Positions 1 to 9,647 of a DNA stretch of 29,578 bases are shown here, piece after piece (within the stretch, counting starts at the first letter, position 1; the number at the start of each line of letters is the position of its first letter). The notes below the pieces were generated by a model. The model made no database searches. It saw only the letters and a list, made by a program, of their open reading frames with translations, and was not told the origin of the DNA. The stretch comes from Candidatus Iainarchaeum sp. (lineage in GTDB: Archaea > Iainarchaeota > Iainarchaeia > Iainarchaeales > CSSED10-239). The stretch is taken from positions 1-29,578 of the forward strand of contig CALBUD010000043.1 of assembly GCA_937968065.1 (NCBI GenBank), read 5' to 3'. The translations under genes were made by a program, and so were the position numbers.

Positions 1-28
1 AATAAGAAAAAATAAAAGTAAAAATCAA

Positions 29-388
29 TTATTTTCTTGCATATTTACTTTTATAACCAATATATTTCTTTCTAATATGAGCATCTTTACTTTTTCCTGT
101 ATCTGATTCTTCTTCAGCAGGCATTTTTTTAATATTATTTTTTACAGGTACATTTCCTGCGTTAATTAAAATAATATCATCTGCAGATATAACTTTATTA
201 TAAGGTATACTATGCTCAGTTATAATTTTTTTTGCTTCTAATTTAGAATTTACTTTTAAAGGTTGTGTTGTAATAGTTTCTATAACACCTTGCTCTATAT
301 TTACTATTAAATCATGTACTTTTCCTCTATAAGTAGCATCTGTTTGGTATATATCCATACCAAATAATTTAGATATTCTTGTTGTCAT
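29..388 (-). CDS. PRC-barrel domain protein (small archaeal type) with K/E-rich C-terminal tail
   Basis: 119-aa ORF. 'GMDIYQTDATYRGKVHDLIVNIEQGVI' and 'IPYNKVISADDIILI' resemble the PRC-barrel fold signature. Pattern recognition only. Confidence 0.6.
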   Translation of the reverse strand: MTTRISKLFGMDIYQTDATYRGKVHDLIVNIEQGVIETITTQPLKVNSKLEAKKIITEHSIPYNKVISADDIILINAGNVPVKNNIKKMPAEEESDTGKSKDAHIRKKYIGYKSKYARK

Positions 389-570
389 TTTAACTCCTCC
401 AATAAAATAAATATTAATTTTATAATATAGTGTTATACAAAAGATTTATATATCTATTTATTTAAAATAACCTTAAATTTAATAATAAACAGTTTATTTT
501 TCAAACATCTATTAAAAAAAATAAATTAAAATTAATTATTTATTACAAGAAGTACGGGGTGTTAGTTATT

Positions 571-1422
571 TTATAAATTATCTAATGGATTTTTAATAAT
601 TTTTAATTTATTTGTGTTTACTTTTGTATATATTTGTGTAGTGTTTAGATTGGAATGTCCTAAAAGTTGTTGTATATACCTTATATTTACATCATTTTCA
701 AGAAGACTTGTTGCAAAAGAGTGTCTTAAAGTGTGTGGAGATACTTTTTTTAAAATACCTGCTCTTTTACTAGCTATTTTTAAAAATTTTTGAACAGTAT
801 CAACAGATAATGGTTTTCCTTGAGAATTACAAAATAAATATTCTGAAATAATACTTTTATTTCTTATTTTTAAATATTCTGTATATTCTTCAACCCATTT
901 TTTTGAGAGAATAATAATTCTATCTTTATTTCCTTTTCCAGAAACAACTTTTCCTGTATATTCATTAAAATCAAGATCATTTATCTTCATTATCATACAT
1001 TCGGATATTCTTACTCCTGTTGAAAATATAAATTGTGTTATTAATTTATTTCTTTTGTTTTTTATATTTTCTAAAAGTAAAATTAATTCTTTAGAAGTTA
1101 GAACAATAGGTATTTTATTTGATTTTTTTGGAAGTTTAATATTTATTTCTAAATCTTTTTTTAAAAAATTTGTATAGAAATGTTTTATTGCAGAAAGTAC
1201 AAGATTCATAGTTGTACTTTCAACTTTTTTTTCTGTTTTTAAAAAAGAAAGATATTCTATAACATCGTCGCTTTTAATAGTTAATAAATCTTTTTTTATA
1301 AATTTATAAAATAAAGAGACATACATAGAGTAAGTTTCTATGGTTTTTAGACTATACCCTTCTATATTTAATTCATTTTTAAATTTATTTATTAATTTGA
1401 TGTTTTCATCTATTTTTTCCAT
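571..1422 (-). CDS. xerA: Tyrosine recombinase XerA/XerC-like
   Basis: 283 aa. Arg box 'TGVRISEC' and C-terminal catalytic box 'HTLRHSFATSLLENDVNIRYIQQLLGHSNLNTTQIYTKV' (HxxR ... H ... Y). N-terminal core-binding region 'GYSLKTIETYSMYV'. Confidence 0.9.
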   Translation of the reverse strand: MEKIDENIKLINKFKNELNIEGYSLKTIETYSMYVSLFYKFIKKDLLTIKSDDVIEYLSFLKTEKKVESTTMNLVLSAIKHFYTNFLKKDLEINIKLPKKSNKIPIVLTSKELILLLENIKNKRNKLITQFIFSTGVRISECMIMKINDLDFNEYTGKVVSGKGNKDRIIILSKKWVEEYTEYLKIRNKSIISEYLFCNSQGKPLSVDTVQKFLKIASKRAGILKKVSPHTLRHSFATSLLENDVNIRYIQQLLGHSNLNTTQIYTKVNTNKLKIIKNPLDNL

Positions 1423-1455
1423 ATTTTAATTCATTTTTAATTTTCGATATAATCA

Positions 1456-1487
1456 TGTATTTTATGTTTTATATAGAATAAAATACA
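1456..1487. repeat. Perfect 10-bp inverted repeat TGTATTTTAT-N12-ATAAAATACA in the divergent xerA / cobA-nrdJ intergenic region
   Basis: Read directly: 1456-1465 is the reverse complement of 1478-1487. Function unknown (operator or recombinase-site candidate). Confidence 0.8.
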
Positions 1488-1662
1488 CAGATTATTTTAT
1501 ATAATGTTTTATTTAAATCTATTTAAACACACATATATACATAATATATTTTATAATCTAAAAAAAACAAATCATGTGTTTTGTTATTTGAACCAATTAC
1601 TATAAAAATAAAACAGGGTACTATATTAAAATAATTATAATTTTTTTTAAAAAGGTTTTTTT

Positions 1663-2181
1663 ATGGTTTTTGGAAAAATACAAATATATACTGGTGATGG
1701 TAAAGGAAAAACTACTGCTGCTATTGGATTATCAATTAGAGCAGTTAGAAGAAATGCAAAAGTATATTTTGTTCAATTTTTAAAAAAACAAAGAACAGGA
1801 GAACAAAAAACATTATCTAAAATAAAAAACATTGTTTTCAAAAGATTTGGGTTTAAAGAATTTATAATAAATAATCAAATTTTAAAAGAACATAGAGAAA
1901 CAACAGAACAAGCAATAAAATATATAGACTCTATTTTAAAAACAAAAAAAATAAATATTTTAGTTTTAGATGAATTAAATGTTATTTTATACTATAAATT
2001 AATTACATTAAAAAAAATAAAAGAAATAATTAATATTTGTAAACAAAAAAATATAGAATTAATAATTACAGGTAGAAAATTAAATAAAAAACTAATAGAT
2101 TTAGCAGATTTAGTAACAGAGATGAAAGAAATAAAACATTATTTTCCTTTACTAAAAGCAAGAAAAGCAATTGAATTTTAA
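1663..2181 (+). CDS. cobA: ATP:cob(I)alamin (corrinoid) adenosyltransferase, CobA/CobO/BtuR family
   Basis: 172 aa. P-loop 'YTGDGKGKTTAAIGLSIRA', then 'VQFLK', 'LVLDELN', 'IITGRK' and 'LADLVTEMKEIKH ... ARKAIEF'. This is the typical CobA-type motif order and length. Confidence 0.85.
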   Translation: MVFGKIQIYTGDGKGKTTAAIGLSIRAVRRNAKVYFVQFLKKQRTGEQKTLSKIKNIVFKRFGFKEFIINNQILKEHRETTEQAIKYIDSILKTKKINILVLDELNVILYYKLITLKKIKEIINICKQKNIELIITGRKLNKKLIDLADLVTEMKEIKHYFPLLKARKAIEF

Positions 2182-2205
2182 TTTAATAAAAAAGGGGTTT
2201 TAATT

Positions 2206-4812
2206 ATGAATATGGTTTTAAAAATTAAAAAAATTACACAAGTTAAAAAAAGAACTGGAGAAATTGTTGATTTTAATAAATTAAAAATAAGAAATGCAAT
2301 ATTAAAAGCAATGAAATCAGTAGATGAAGTTAATGAAAGTTTATTAGATGTAGTTGTAGAAAAAACCATTTTAGTTTTAGAATCAAAATTTATTAATAAA
2401 ATTCCTTCTGTTGAAGATGTTTCAGACGCTATTGAATATGTTTTAATCGCAACCGAGATTACAAATGTTGCAAAATCATTTATTCTTTATAGAGAGGAAA
2501 AAAGAAAATTAAGAGAAACAAAAGAAGAAACAAAAGATATAGAGATTGTAAAAGAGTTAAAAGAAAAAAAAATTACTTTATCAAAACAAGCAACAAATGT
2601 TTTAAATAATTCATATGTTTTTAAAGATTTAGGACTAATCATTTTTTTAGATAGATATTCTTTAAAAACAAAAAGAAATGAAATTGAAGTTGGTGATTTA
2701 ATAATCACAATTATTAAAGAAGATTTTAAATATCCAAAAAAAGATCTAGGCATTGTAAAAAATATTGAAAATAATAAACTTATTTTACATATGATAACAG
2801 GAATTTATGCAGATGATTTTTATAAACACGAATTCGTGCAAGAAATTAGTAAATGTGAAAAACCACAAGAATCTGTTTTTGATACATATAAAAGAGTTTC
2901 AAAAGCTGTTGCAAAAGTAGAAAAAGATGATTTTTTAAAAACAAAATGGTTTGAAGAATTTTATGACCAATTAAAAAATAATCATATCTCTCCTGGAGGA
3001 AGGATTCTTTCAGGTGCTTCAATTGATGATTTAGGATATACATCAAACTTAACTTTATATAATTGTTATGTAATACCTTCTCCAAAAGATTCAAGAAAAT
3101 CAATTATTAAAGATTCAGCGCATCAAATGGTTGAAATTTTTTCAAGAGGTGGTGGGGTTGGTATGTCTTTATCAAGTTTAAGACCTGCTTATGCTTATGT
3201 CAAAGGAGTTCATGGAAGATCTTCTGGATCTGTGTCATGGGGTGGACTTTATTCTTTTCTAACAGGACTTATAGAACAAGGTGGTTCTAGAAGAGGAGCT
3301 TTAATGTTAATGCTTGATGATTGGCATCCTGATATTTATTCTTTTATTGATTCAAAAACAAAAACAGGTGTTTTAGAACATGCAAATATATCTGTAAAAG
3401 TATCTGATGAATTAATGGAAGCTGTAAAAAATGATGGAGATTGGTATCTTGAATTTCCAGATCATGAAAACCCAAATTATTCTGAAATATACGATCAAGA
3501 ATGGGATGGTGATTTAAAAACTTGGAAAGAAAAAGGATATCCTACAAAAATATTTTCAAAAATAAAAGCAAAAGAACTTTGGAGAAAAATAATTAACTCT
3601 GCATGGAAATCAGCAGAGCCTGGTGTTGTTTTCATGGAGAGATACAATAAATTAAGTAATAGTTATTATTTTAATAAAATTGTTGCAACTAATCCTTGTG
3701 GAGAACAAGGACTTCCTCCATGGGGTGTCTGTAATCTTGGACACCTATATCTAGCATCTTTTGCAGATAAAGTTGGAGAAGATGATGTTGGTCCTATTTA
3801 TGAATTTAATTGGGATAAATTAAAAAAATCTGCAAGAGTTTTAACTAGATTTTTAGATAACATTATAGATTTAACTCCTTACTTTTTTGAAGAAAATGAA
3901 AAAATTCAAAAATCTGAAAGAAGAGTTGGTGGGGGAACTTTAGGTCTTGCAGAATTACTTATAAAATTAAGAATTGTTTATGGTTCTCAAGAAAGTTTAA
4001 AATTTATTGATGAACTTTATAAAACAATAACTTGTGAAATGTACACAACTTCTGCATTAATAGCAGAAGAAAAAGGTTTCTTTCCAAAATATGATAAAAA
4101 TAAATTTTTAAACAGTGGATTTGTAAGAGAACTTCCTTTAGAGGTTCAAGAAAAAATAAAAGAAAAAGGGATTAGAAATGTTACATTAACAACTCAAGCA
4201 CCAACAGGATCAACTGGAACCATGCTTGGAACCTCAACAGGTATTGAACCTTATTTTGCTTTTAAATATTATAGACAATCAAGATTAGGTTTCCATGAAG
4301 TTAATGTTCCTTTAGCAGAAGAATATTTAAAAAATGGGGAATTACCAGATTTCTTTATATCTGCAATGAGTTTAACTCCTGATGATCATATAAAAGTACA
4401 AGCAGCTATACAAAAATGGACTGATTCTTCTATAAGTAAAACTGCAAATGTTCCTTCTGATTTTACTGTTGAACAAACAGAAGAGCTTTACATTAAAGCA
4501 TATAATCTTGGTTGTAAAGGTGTTACAATTTATAGAGATTCTTCAAGAGATGAACAAGTTCTTTCAACAAATAAAGATCAAGAAAAATTAAATCAAGAAG
4601 CTATTGATAAAAAAACAGATGCCAAAACTAATAAAAATAAAATACAAAAACAAACAGAAATTGTTGAAGAAAAAAAAGAGTCTGTAGTTTATGGAGATGA
4701 TACTGGAAACACCTGTCCTTCTTGTAAACAAGGAAAAATGATAAAGTTAGGTGGTTGTACAGAATGTTCTGCAGGGTGTGGCTTTAAAGGTTCTTGTGAT
4801 TTAAAAACATAA
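2206..4812 (+). CDS. nrdJ: Class II (adenosylcobalamin-dependent) ribonucleotide reductase with N-terminal ATP-cone and C-terminal Cys-rich zinc-finger tail
   Basis: 868 aa. ATP-cone-like 'VKKRTGEIVDFNKLKIRNAILKAM'. Core motifs 'SGGGVGMSLSSLRP', 'GGSRRGALMLML', 'TNPCGEQGLPPWGVCNLGHL' and 'SISKTANVP'. C-terminal 'CPSCKQGKMIKLGGCTECSAGCGFKGSCD'. AAGGGG SD-like element upstream of the ATG; an alternative ATG lies at 2212. Confidence 0.93.
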   Translation: MNMVLKIKKITQVKKRTGEIVDFNKLKIRNAILKAMKSVDEVNESLLDVVVEKTILVLESKFINKIPSVEDVSDAIEYVLIATEITNVAKSFILYREEKRKLRETKEETKDIEIVKELKEKKITLSKQATNVLNNSYVFKDLGLIIFLDRYSLKTKRNEIEVGDLIITIIKEDFKYPKKDLGIVKNIENNKLILHMITGIYADDFYKHEFVQEISKCEKPQESVFDTYKRVSKAVAKVEKDDFLKTKWFEEFYDQLKNNHISPGGRILSGASIDDLGYTSNLTLYNCYVIPSPKDSRKSIIKDSAHQMVEIFSRGGGVGMSLSSLRPAYAYVKGVHGRSSGSVSWGGLYSFLTGLIEQGGSRRGALMLMLDDWHPDIYSFIDSKTKTGVLEHANISVKVSDELMEAVKNDGDWYLEFPDHENPNYSEIYDQEWDGDLKTWKEKGYPTKIFSKIKAKELWRKIINSAWKSAEPGVVFMERYNKLSNSYYFNKIVATNPCGEQGLPPWGVCNLGHLYLASFADKVGEDDVGPIYEFNWDKLKKSARVLTRFLDNIIDLTPYFFEENEKIQKSERRVGGGTLGLAELLIKLRIVYGSQESLKFIDELYKTITCEMYTTSALIAEEKGFFPKYDKNKFLNSGFVRELPLEVQEKIKEKGIRNVTLTTQAPTGSTGTMLGTSTGIEPYFAFKYYRQSRLGFHEVNVPLAEEYLKNGELPDFFISAMSLTPDDHIKVQAAIQKWTDSSISKTANVPSDFTVEQTEELYIKAYNLGCKGVTIYRDSSRDEQVLSTNKDQEKLNQEAIDKKTDAKTNKNKIQKQTEIVEEKKESVVYGDDTGNTCPSCKQGKMIKLGGCTECSAGCGFKGSCDLKT

Positions 4813-4856
4813 AATAAAAAATAGTTTTTAAATATAAATTAAAAAGTGATTAAAAA

Positions 4857-5294
4857 ATGATAAATGTAAAAAAATTAACCGAAAGTGCAAAAATTCCAGA
4901 AAAAAATCATGAAAACGATGCTGGTTTTGATTTATTTTCTGATGAAGACATAATAATACCATCTATGGAAAGAAGAGTTATAAAAACAGGAATTTCTATA
5001 TCTTTAGAAAATAATTTTGAAAATAATTTTTCAGCATATTTAAGAATAGCACCAAGATCTGGAATGGCCGTTAAAAAAGGAATTAATGTTTTTGCAGGTG
5101 TTGTTGATTTAGAATATAGAGGAGAAATCATGGTTTGTCTTTTTAACTCTTCAAAAGAAAACATTGAAATTTTAAAAGGAGATAAAATCGCACAAATGAT
5201 ACCAACAATTATTTTAAAACAAGAAATTAAAGAAGTTGATTCTTTAGATGATACTGAAAGAGGAGAAAAAGGATTTGGATCTTCTGGTAGGTAA
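4857..5294 (+). CDS. dut: dUTP diphosphatase, classical homotrimeric (bacterial/eukaryal/viral-type) Dut
   Basis: 145 aa with all five Dut motifs: 'DAGFDL', 'APRSGMAVKKGI', 'GVVDLEYRGEI', 'GDKIAQM' and 'ERGEKGFGSSG'. AGTGAT SD-like element 6 nt upstream of the ATG. Confidence 0.9.
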   Translation: MINVKKLTESAKIPEKNHENDAGFDLFSDEDIIIPSMERRVIKTGISISLENNFENNFSAYLRIAPRSGMAVKKGINVFAGVVDLEYRGEIMVCLFNSSKENIEILKGDKIAQMIPTIILKQEIKEVDSLDDTERGEKGFGSSGR

Positions 5295-5314
5295 TCAAAT
5301 ATTGTTTCTAAAAT

Positions 5315-7480
5315 TTAAGCAACACCTTTCTCTGTTTTCTTTTTTGTTTCTTTTTTTACATTATTAATTTCTTTAATTGAATCTTCTAAATATTTTTCTG
5401 TAATTGTTAATTTTTTTTCTTTTCCAGAAATATTCTCTCTTAAAACTTTCATACCGCTATTTCTAATAATTTCTTCAATGTGTGCTCCTGAAAACCCTTC
5501 TGTTTCTTTTACAATTTTTTTTATATTTATTTTTCCTTCTACTTTCATTTTAGATAAATAAACATTAATAATTTGTTCTCTTGATTTTTCATCAGGCAAA
5601 GGAATTTCTAATTTTACATCAAATCTTCCTGGTCTTAAAAAAGCAGGATCTACAATATCAATTCTGTTTGTAGCACCAATAATAATAATGTCTTTTAATT
5701 TAGATATTCCATCCATTTCTGTTAAAAGTTGAGCAACAACATTTTTTGAAACCCCAGAAAGATCTTGGTTATTTCTGTGTGAGGTTATAGCATCAATTTC
5801 ATCAAAAAAAATAATTGATGGAGCTACTTGTCTTGCTTTTTTAAAAACATCTCTTATTTTTTTTTCAGATTCTCCAACCCATTTATTAAATATCTCTGGC
5901 CCCTTTATAGATATAAAATTTGCAGAACTTTCATTTGCAATTGCTTTTGCAATCATTGTTTTACCAGTGCCTGGAGGGCCATATAAAAGAACTCCAGAAG
6001 GAGGATTTATTCCAATTTCTTTAAATTTCTCTACATATTTTAAAGGCCATTCAATCATTTCTTTAAGTTTGTTTTTTTGTTTTTCAAGACCACCAATATC
6101 GTCCCAAGAAACTGAAGGGATTTGAACTTGAACCTCTCTTAAAGCAGATGGTTCTACAACATTCAAAGCGTCCAAGAAATCTTGCTGAGTTATAATTAAT
6201 TTATCTAAAACTTCTCTTGATAAATATTTTCCACTTTCTTTATTAATCAAAGGCATCAATCTTTTAATAGCTTTTAAGGCAGCTTCTTTACAAAGAGCTG
6301 AAATATCTGCTCCTGAAAAACCATTTGTAATTTCAATAATTTCATCTATATTTAAATTCTCAATAGGCATACCTCTTACATGCACCATTAATATTTCTTT
6401 TCTTGCATGTTTATCAGGAACTGAAATTTCAATTTCTCTATCAAATCTTCCTGGTCTTCTTAAAGCAGGATCAATAATTTCTGGCATATTTGTGGCAGCA
6501 ATAACTACAACTTGTCCTCTTGCAGTTAATCCGTCCATTAAAGTTAAAAGTTGAGCAACAATTCTTTTTTCTGTTTCTCCATGTATGTTTTCTCTTTTAG
6601 GAGCAATAGCATCAATTTCATCTATAAAAATAATTGCAGGTGCGTTTTCTTCTGCTTCTTTAAAAATATTTCTTAAATTTTCTTCAGATTTTCCATAAAC
6701 TCCAGAAACAATTTCTGGACCGTTAATAGTTATGAATTTTGCATCAGTTTCAGAAGCAACTGCTTTTGCAAGAAGAGTTTTTCCAGTTCCTGGAGGTCCA
6801 TATAACAAAACACCTTTTGGAGGAGAGATTCCTAATTTTTTAAAAACTTCTGGTCTTTTTATAGGAAGTTCAACTAATTCTCTAATAGCTTCAATTTCTT
6901 TTTTAAGTCCACCAATATCATCATAAGTAATTGATGGTGTTTTAAAATCATCTGATCTTTCTGAAATTATTATTTTTGTATTTTCTGTAATTCTTACAGC
7001 GTTTTTAGGTATTGTTTTATTTACAACTAACTGTAAATCTCTATATCCGTCTTCAGTTAAGATAGGAAGGCCAGGTATCTTTACTATGTTTTTTTCAATA
7101 ACATTTAAGTTCAATATTTTTTCTTTAATTATACTTTCTACATCTTTATTTAAGTTTATTTTTCTATTTTTTTCAATAACTGGAGAAAGGTTAATTGTTT
7201 GACAATTAGAAACAATTGTTTTTTCTATAAAAACAGGATCATCAATTGAAGCTCCTGAATTATATCTTAAAACCCCATCTATTTTTATTTGGTTTAATCC
7301 AACATCAACTTCTGTTCCTCTGGTTGCATAAGCTACAGCTTTTTTATTTCCTTCAATTAAAATAGCATCTCCGATAGATAATTTCATTTTATCAAAGACA
7401 AGAGGGTCTATTTTAGCCATTCCTTTTAAAGCGTCTTTAATATTTGTTTCTTTAACAGTTAATATTATTTTTTCAGTCAT
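5315..7480 (-). CDS. cdc48: Cdc48/VCP-like AAA+ ATPase (two AAA domains plus N-domain)
   Basis: 721 aa. Two Walker A motifs 'GPPGTGKT' and two Walker B motifs '[10 protein letters not shown]' / '[10 protein letters not shown]'. Second-region-of-homology '[14 protein letters not shown]' / '[14 protein letters not shown]'. N-domain '[17 protein letters not shown]'. Confidence 0.95.
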   Translation of the reverse strand: MTEKIILTVKETNIKDALKGMAKIDPLVFDKMKLSIGDAILIEGNKKAVAYATRGTEVDVGLNQIKIDGVLRYNSGASIDDPVFIEKTIVSNCQTINLSPVIEKNRKINLNKDVESIIKEKILNLNVIEKNIVKIPGLPILTEDGYRDLQLVVNKTIPKNAVRITENTKIIISERSDDFKTPSITYDDIGGLKKEIEAIRELVELPIKRPEVFKKLGISPPKGVLLYGPPGTGKTLLAKAVASETDAKFITINGPEIVSGVYGKSEENLRNIFKEAEENAPAIIFIDEIDAIAPKRENIHGETEKRIVAQLLTLMDGLTARGQVVVIAATNMPEIIDPALRRPGRFDREIEISVPDKHARKEILMVHVRGMPIENLNIDEIIEITNGFSGADISALCKEAALKAIKRLMPLINKESGKYLSREVLDKLIITQQDFLDALNVVEPSALREVQVQIPSVSWDDIGGLEKQKNKLKEMIEWPLKYVEKFKEIGINPPSGVLLYGPPGTGKTMIAKAIANESSANFISIKGPEIFNKWVGESEKKIRDVFKKARQVAPSIIFFDEIDAITSHRNNQDLSGVSKNVVAQLLTEMDGISKLKDIIIIGATNRIDIVDPAFLRPGRFDVKLEIPLPDEKSREQIINVYLSKMKVEGKINIKKIVKETEGFSGAHIEEIIRNSGMKVLRENISGKEKKLTITEKYLEDSIKEINNVKKETKKKTEKGVA

Positions 7481-7554
7481 ATCTTTTTCTTATTTAATAT
7501 TTAAATAATATTATGATTAAAAGAGCTTAAAAAGATTTAGGTTATTTATAATAA

Positions 7555-9621
7555 TTAGTTAAGATCATTTCCTTCTTTTTTTTCTTCATCTTTCATTTTT
7601 TTTAAAAACTCTTCTTTTGTTGGACATTTATGATTTAGACACATTTCATAAGTTTTTCCTCTTTTTGATGCAACCTTTATCATAGGGCTTTTACAAGTCT
7701 CGCAAAACACGCCTTCAATCGCACTAACAATTTTGTTTTGTGGAAGAGGAAAAGTATTTCTACAAGCAGGAAAACCAGAGCATGCAACAAACTGTTTACC
7801 TGTCTTACCATGTCTTATAATTAGTTTTTTTCCACATTTATTACATTTTCCAATATAATTATTTTCTGAAATTCCATCTCTTAATTCTTTTGCAATATCA
7901 TCTTTTTCTTTAAGAAGAATCTTTATAACTTCATGAAGTATTTTTCTAGTTTCATTTACAACTTCTTCCTTTTCTTTTTTTCCACTTGCGATTTTTTCCA
8001 TTTCTTCTTCAGTATCAGCTGTAAGTTTTGGTTTTGTAATAACATCTGCATGTTTGTTTAAAACACTACACACAGAAATTGCAATTTTGGTTGGCTCTAT
8101 TTGTTTTTCTGGAACAATATACCCTCTATTTCTTAATTTTTGAATAATTGCAGGTCTTGTAGATTTTGTTCCAAGATTTTGTTCTTCCATTAATTTTATA
8201 AGACCTCCTTCAGTATATCTTGGAGGAGGTGTTGTAACTTTTTTATCTAAAAATTTGTATTTTATAGAAACTATATCTCCTTTTTCAAGAGGAGGTAGAA
8301 GGACTTCATTTAATTTAGAATAAATATATATTTTTTTCCATCCTGGATCAAGTATCCTTTGTCCATTTACAATAAATGGTTCTTTTAAAACATCAATAAC
8401 TACTGATAAATTTTCTGTTTTTGCATCTGTTGAAAGCGTTGCTAAAAATCTTCTAACCACAAGATCATATATTCTTTGTTCTGTTCCTGTAAGATCAAAA
8501 GCAACATCTACAGGGTGAATCGGGGGGTGATCTGTTGTTTTTTTTGCACCTCTTGATGGTTTTAATGGTTTTTTAAGAATTTCTTTTATATCTTTTTCAT
8601 ATTCTTTAATTGTTGCAAGTTTGTTTAAAATTCCTTTAAAATCAAGACTTGAAGGATACACAGTGTTATCTGTTCTTGGGTAACTTATAAGTCCTCTTTG
8701 ATATAAACTTTCAGCAATAGAAGTTGCTTTAGATGTTCCAATTCCAATTGCACTTGCGCTTCTTAAAAAACTAGTTGTGTTAAAAGGATCTGGTTTTTTT
8801 AATATTTTTTCTGATTTTGAAACTGATTTTACAACACCTTCTGTTTCATCTTTAATTTTTTGAAAAATAACATCTGCTTTTTCAATATCAAACATTTTAT
8901 TTTCTTTATAAGTTCCTTCAAACTTAATTTTGTCTTTTTCAAATAACATTCTAATAACTCTGTATTTTTCAGATACAAAATTATTTCTTTCTATTTCTTT
9001 ATCAACTATAAAATTTAAAAGAGGGGTTTGAACTCTACCTGCAGATAAAAACAATTTTCCTTTTCTATTTGAAATTACAGATAAATATCTTGTAAGTATA
9101 GCACCCCATAAAAGATCAATTTCTTGTCTTGCAAAAACAGAATAAGCATAATTAAAATCTAATTTTCTTAAGTTTGAAAAAGCTGTAGTTACTTCTTTTT
9201 CTGTAAGTGCACTAAAATACGCTCTTGCAAGTTTAGATTCTTTATTTTTTAGATTTACATAATTATATGCTTCAAGACCAATAGCTTCTCCTTCTCTATC
9301 TGCATCAGTTGCAATAATTATTTCTTCTAAATTTTTTCTTTTTTCTTTTAATAGTGCAATTATTCTTTTTTCAACTTCTTTGTATATAAAAGATTTGTCT
9401 GCAAGAAGATCTAAATTAAAAATACTCCAATATTTATCTTCATTAACAAAATCAACTGTGTTTATATGTCCTCTTAAAGGTATAAGCAAATATTCTTCTT
9501 TATCTTTTGTAAATTTAAAAGTATCTATACCTTTATCTTTTATAGTTTCATATTTATTTTTAGAAAGAATGCTTGCAATTTTTTTACCTGCTATTGCTTT
9601 TTCAGAAATAATTAGTTTCAT
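7555..9621 (-). CDS. topA: Type IA DNA topoisomerase (TopA/Topo III-like) with C-terminal zinc ribbons
   Basis: Toprim 'IIATDADREGEAIG'. Active-site Tyr context 'GLISYPRTDN'. 'GTKSTRPAIIQKL'. Two Cys4 ribbons: 'CNKCGKK...CSGFPAC' and 'CETCKSP...CLNHKC'. The track ORF starts at a TTG (9630). I prefer the in-frame ATG at 9621 (MKLIISEK...). Confidence 0.9.
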   Translation of the reverse strand: MKLIISEKAIAGKKIASILSKNKYETIKDKGIDTFKFTKDKEEYLLIPLRGHINTVDFVNEDKYWSIFNLDLLADKSFIYKEVEKRIIALLKEKRKNLEEIIIATDADREGEAIGLEAYNYVNLKNKESKLARAYFSALTEKEVTTAFSNLRKLDFNYAYSVFARQEIDLLWGAILTRYLSVISNRKGKLFLSAGRVQTPLLNFIVDKEIERNNFVSEKYRVIRMLFEKDKIKFEGTYKENKMFDIEKADVIFQKIKDETEGVVKSVSKSEKILKKPDPFNTTSFLRSASAIGIGTSKATSIAESLYQRGLISYPRTDNTVYPSSLDFKGILNKLATIKEYEKDIKEILKKPLKPSRGAKKTTDHPPIHPVDVAFDLTGTEQRIYDLVVRRFLATLSTDAKTENLSVVIDVLKEPFIVNGQRILDPGWKKIYIYSKLNEVLLPPLEKGDIVSIKYKFLDKKVTTPPPRYTEGGLIKLMEEQNLGTKSTRPAIIQKLRNRGYIVPEKQIEPTKIAISVCSVLNKHADVITKPKLTADTEEEMEKIASGKKEKEEVVNETRKILHEVIKILLKEKDDIAKELRDGISENNYIGKCNKCGKKLIIRHGKTGKQFVACSGFPACRNTFPLPQNKIVSAIEGVFCETCKSPMIKVASKRGKTYEMCLNHKCPTKEEFLKKMKDEEKKEGNDLN

Positions 9622-9647
9622 TAATAACAAATCCTTTTTTTGTAAAT

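Noticed and set aside
549-566. Small G/C-richer blip (agtacggggtgttag) and the window end (29561-29578), considered as possible tRNA or ncRNA fragments
   Set aside because: They are too short, and no cloverleaf-compatible stems could be drawn by eye. Most likely chance.
571-1422. xerA as an integrase marking a prophage or integrated element
   Set aside because: There are no flanking direct repeats and no tRNA target. No phage, plasmid or transposase genes are nearby. The neighbours are housekeeping genes, and the size and motifs fit chromosomal XerA.
1423-1662. Cobalamin riboswitch upstream of cobA-nrdJ
   Set aside because: The region is almost pure A/T, with no G/C-rich helices or B12-box-like element that I can recognise, and such riboswitches are not expected in archaea. 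A covariance-model scan would settle it.
2178-3103. Three minus-strand ORFs (2178..2369, 2487..2753, 2846..3103) antisense to nrdJ
   Set aside because: They lie fully inside a confidently identified RNR gene. Their products are low-complexity F/L/S/K-rich with no motifs. These are typical shadow ORFs of AT-rich coding DNA.
4907-5164. 85-aa minus-strand ORF antisense to dut
   Set aside because: It lies inside dut, which carries all five conserved motifs on the plus strand. No motif or SD.
6732-6926. 64-aa plus-strand ORF inside cdc48
   Set aside because: It is antisense to the Walker A region of the first AAA domain. Shadow ORF.
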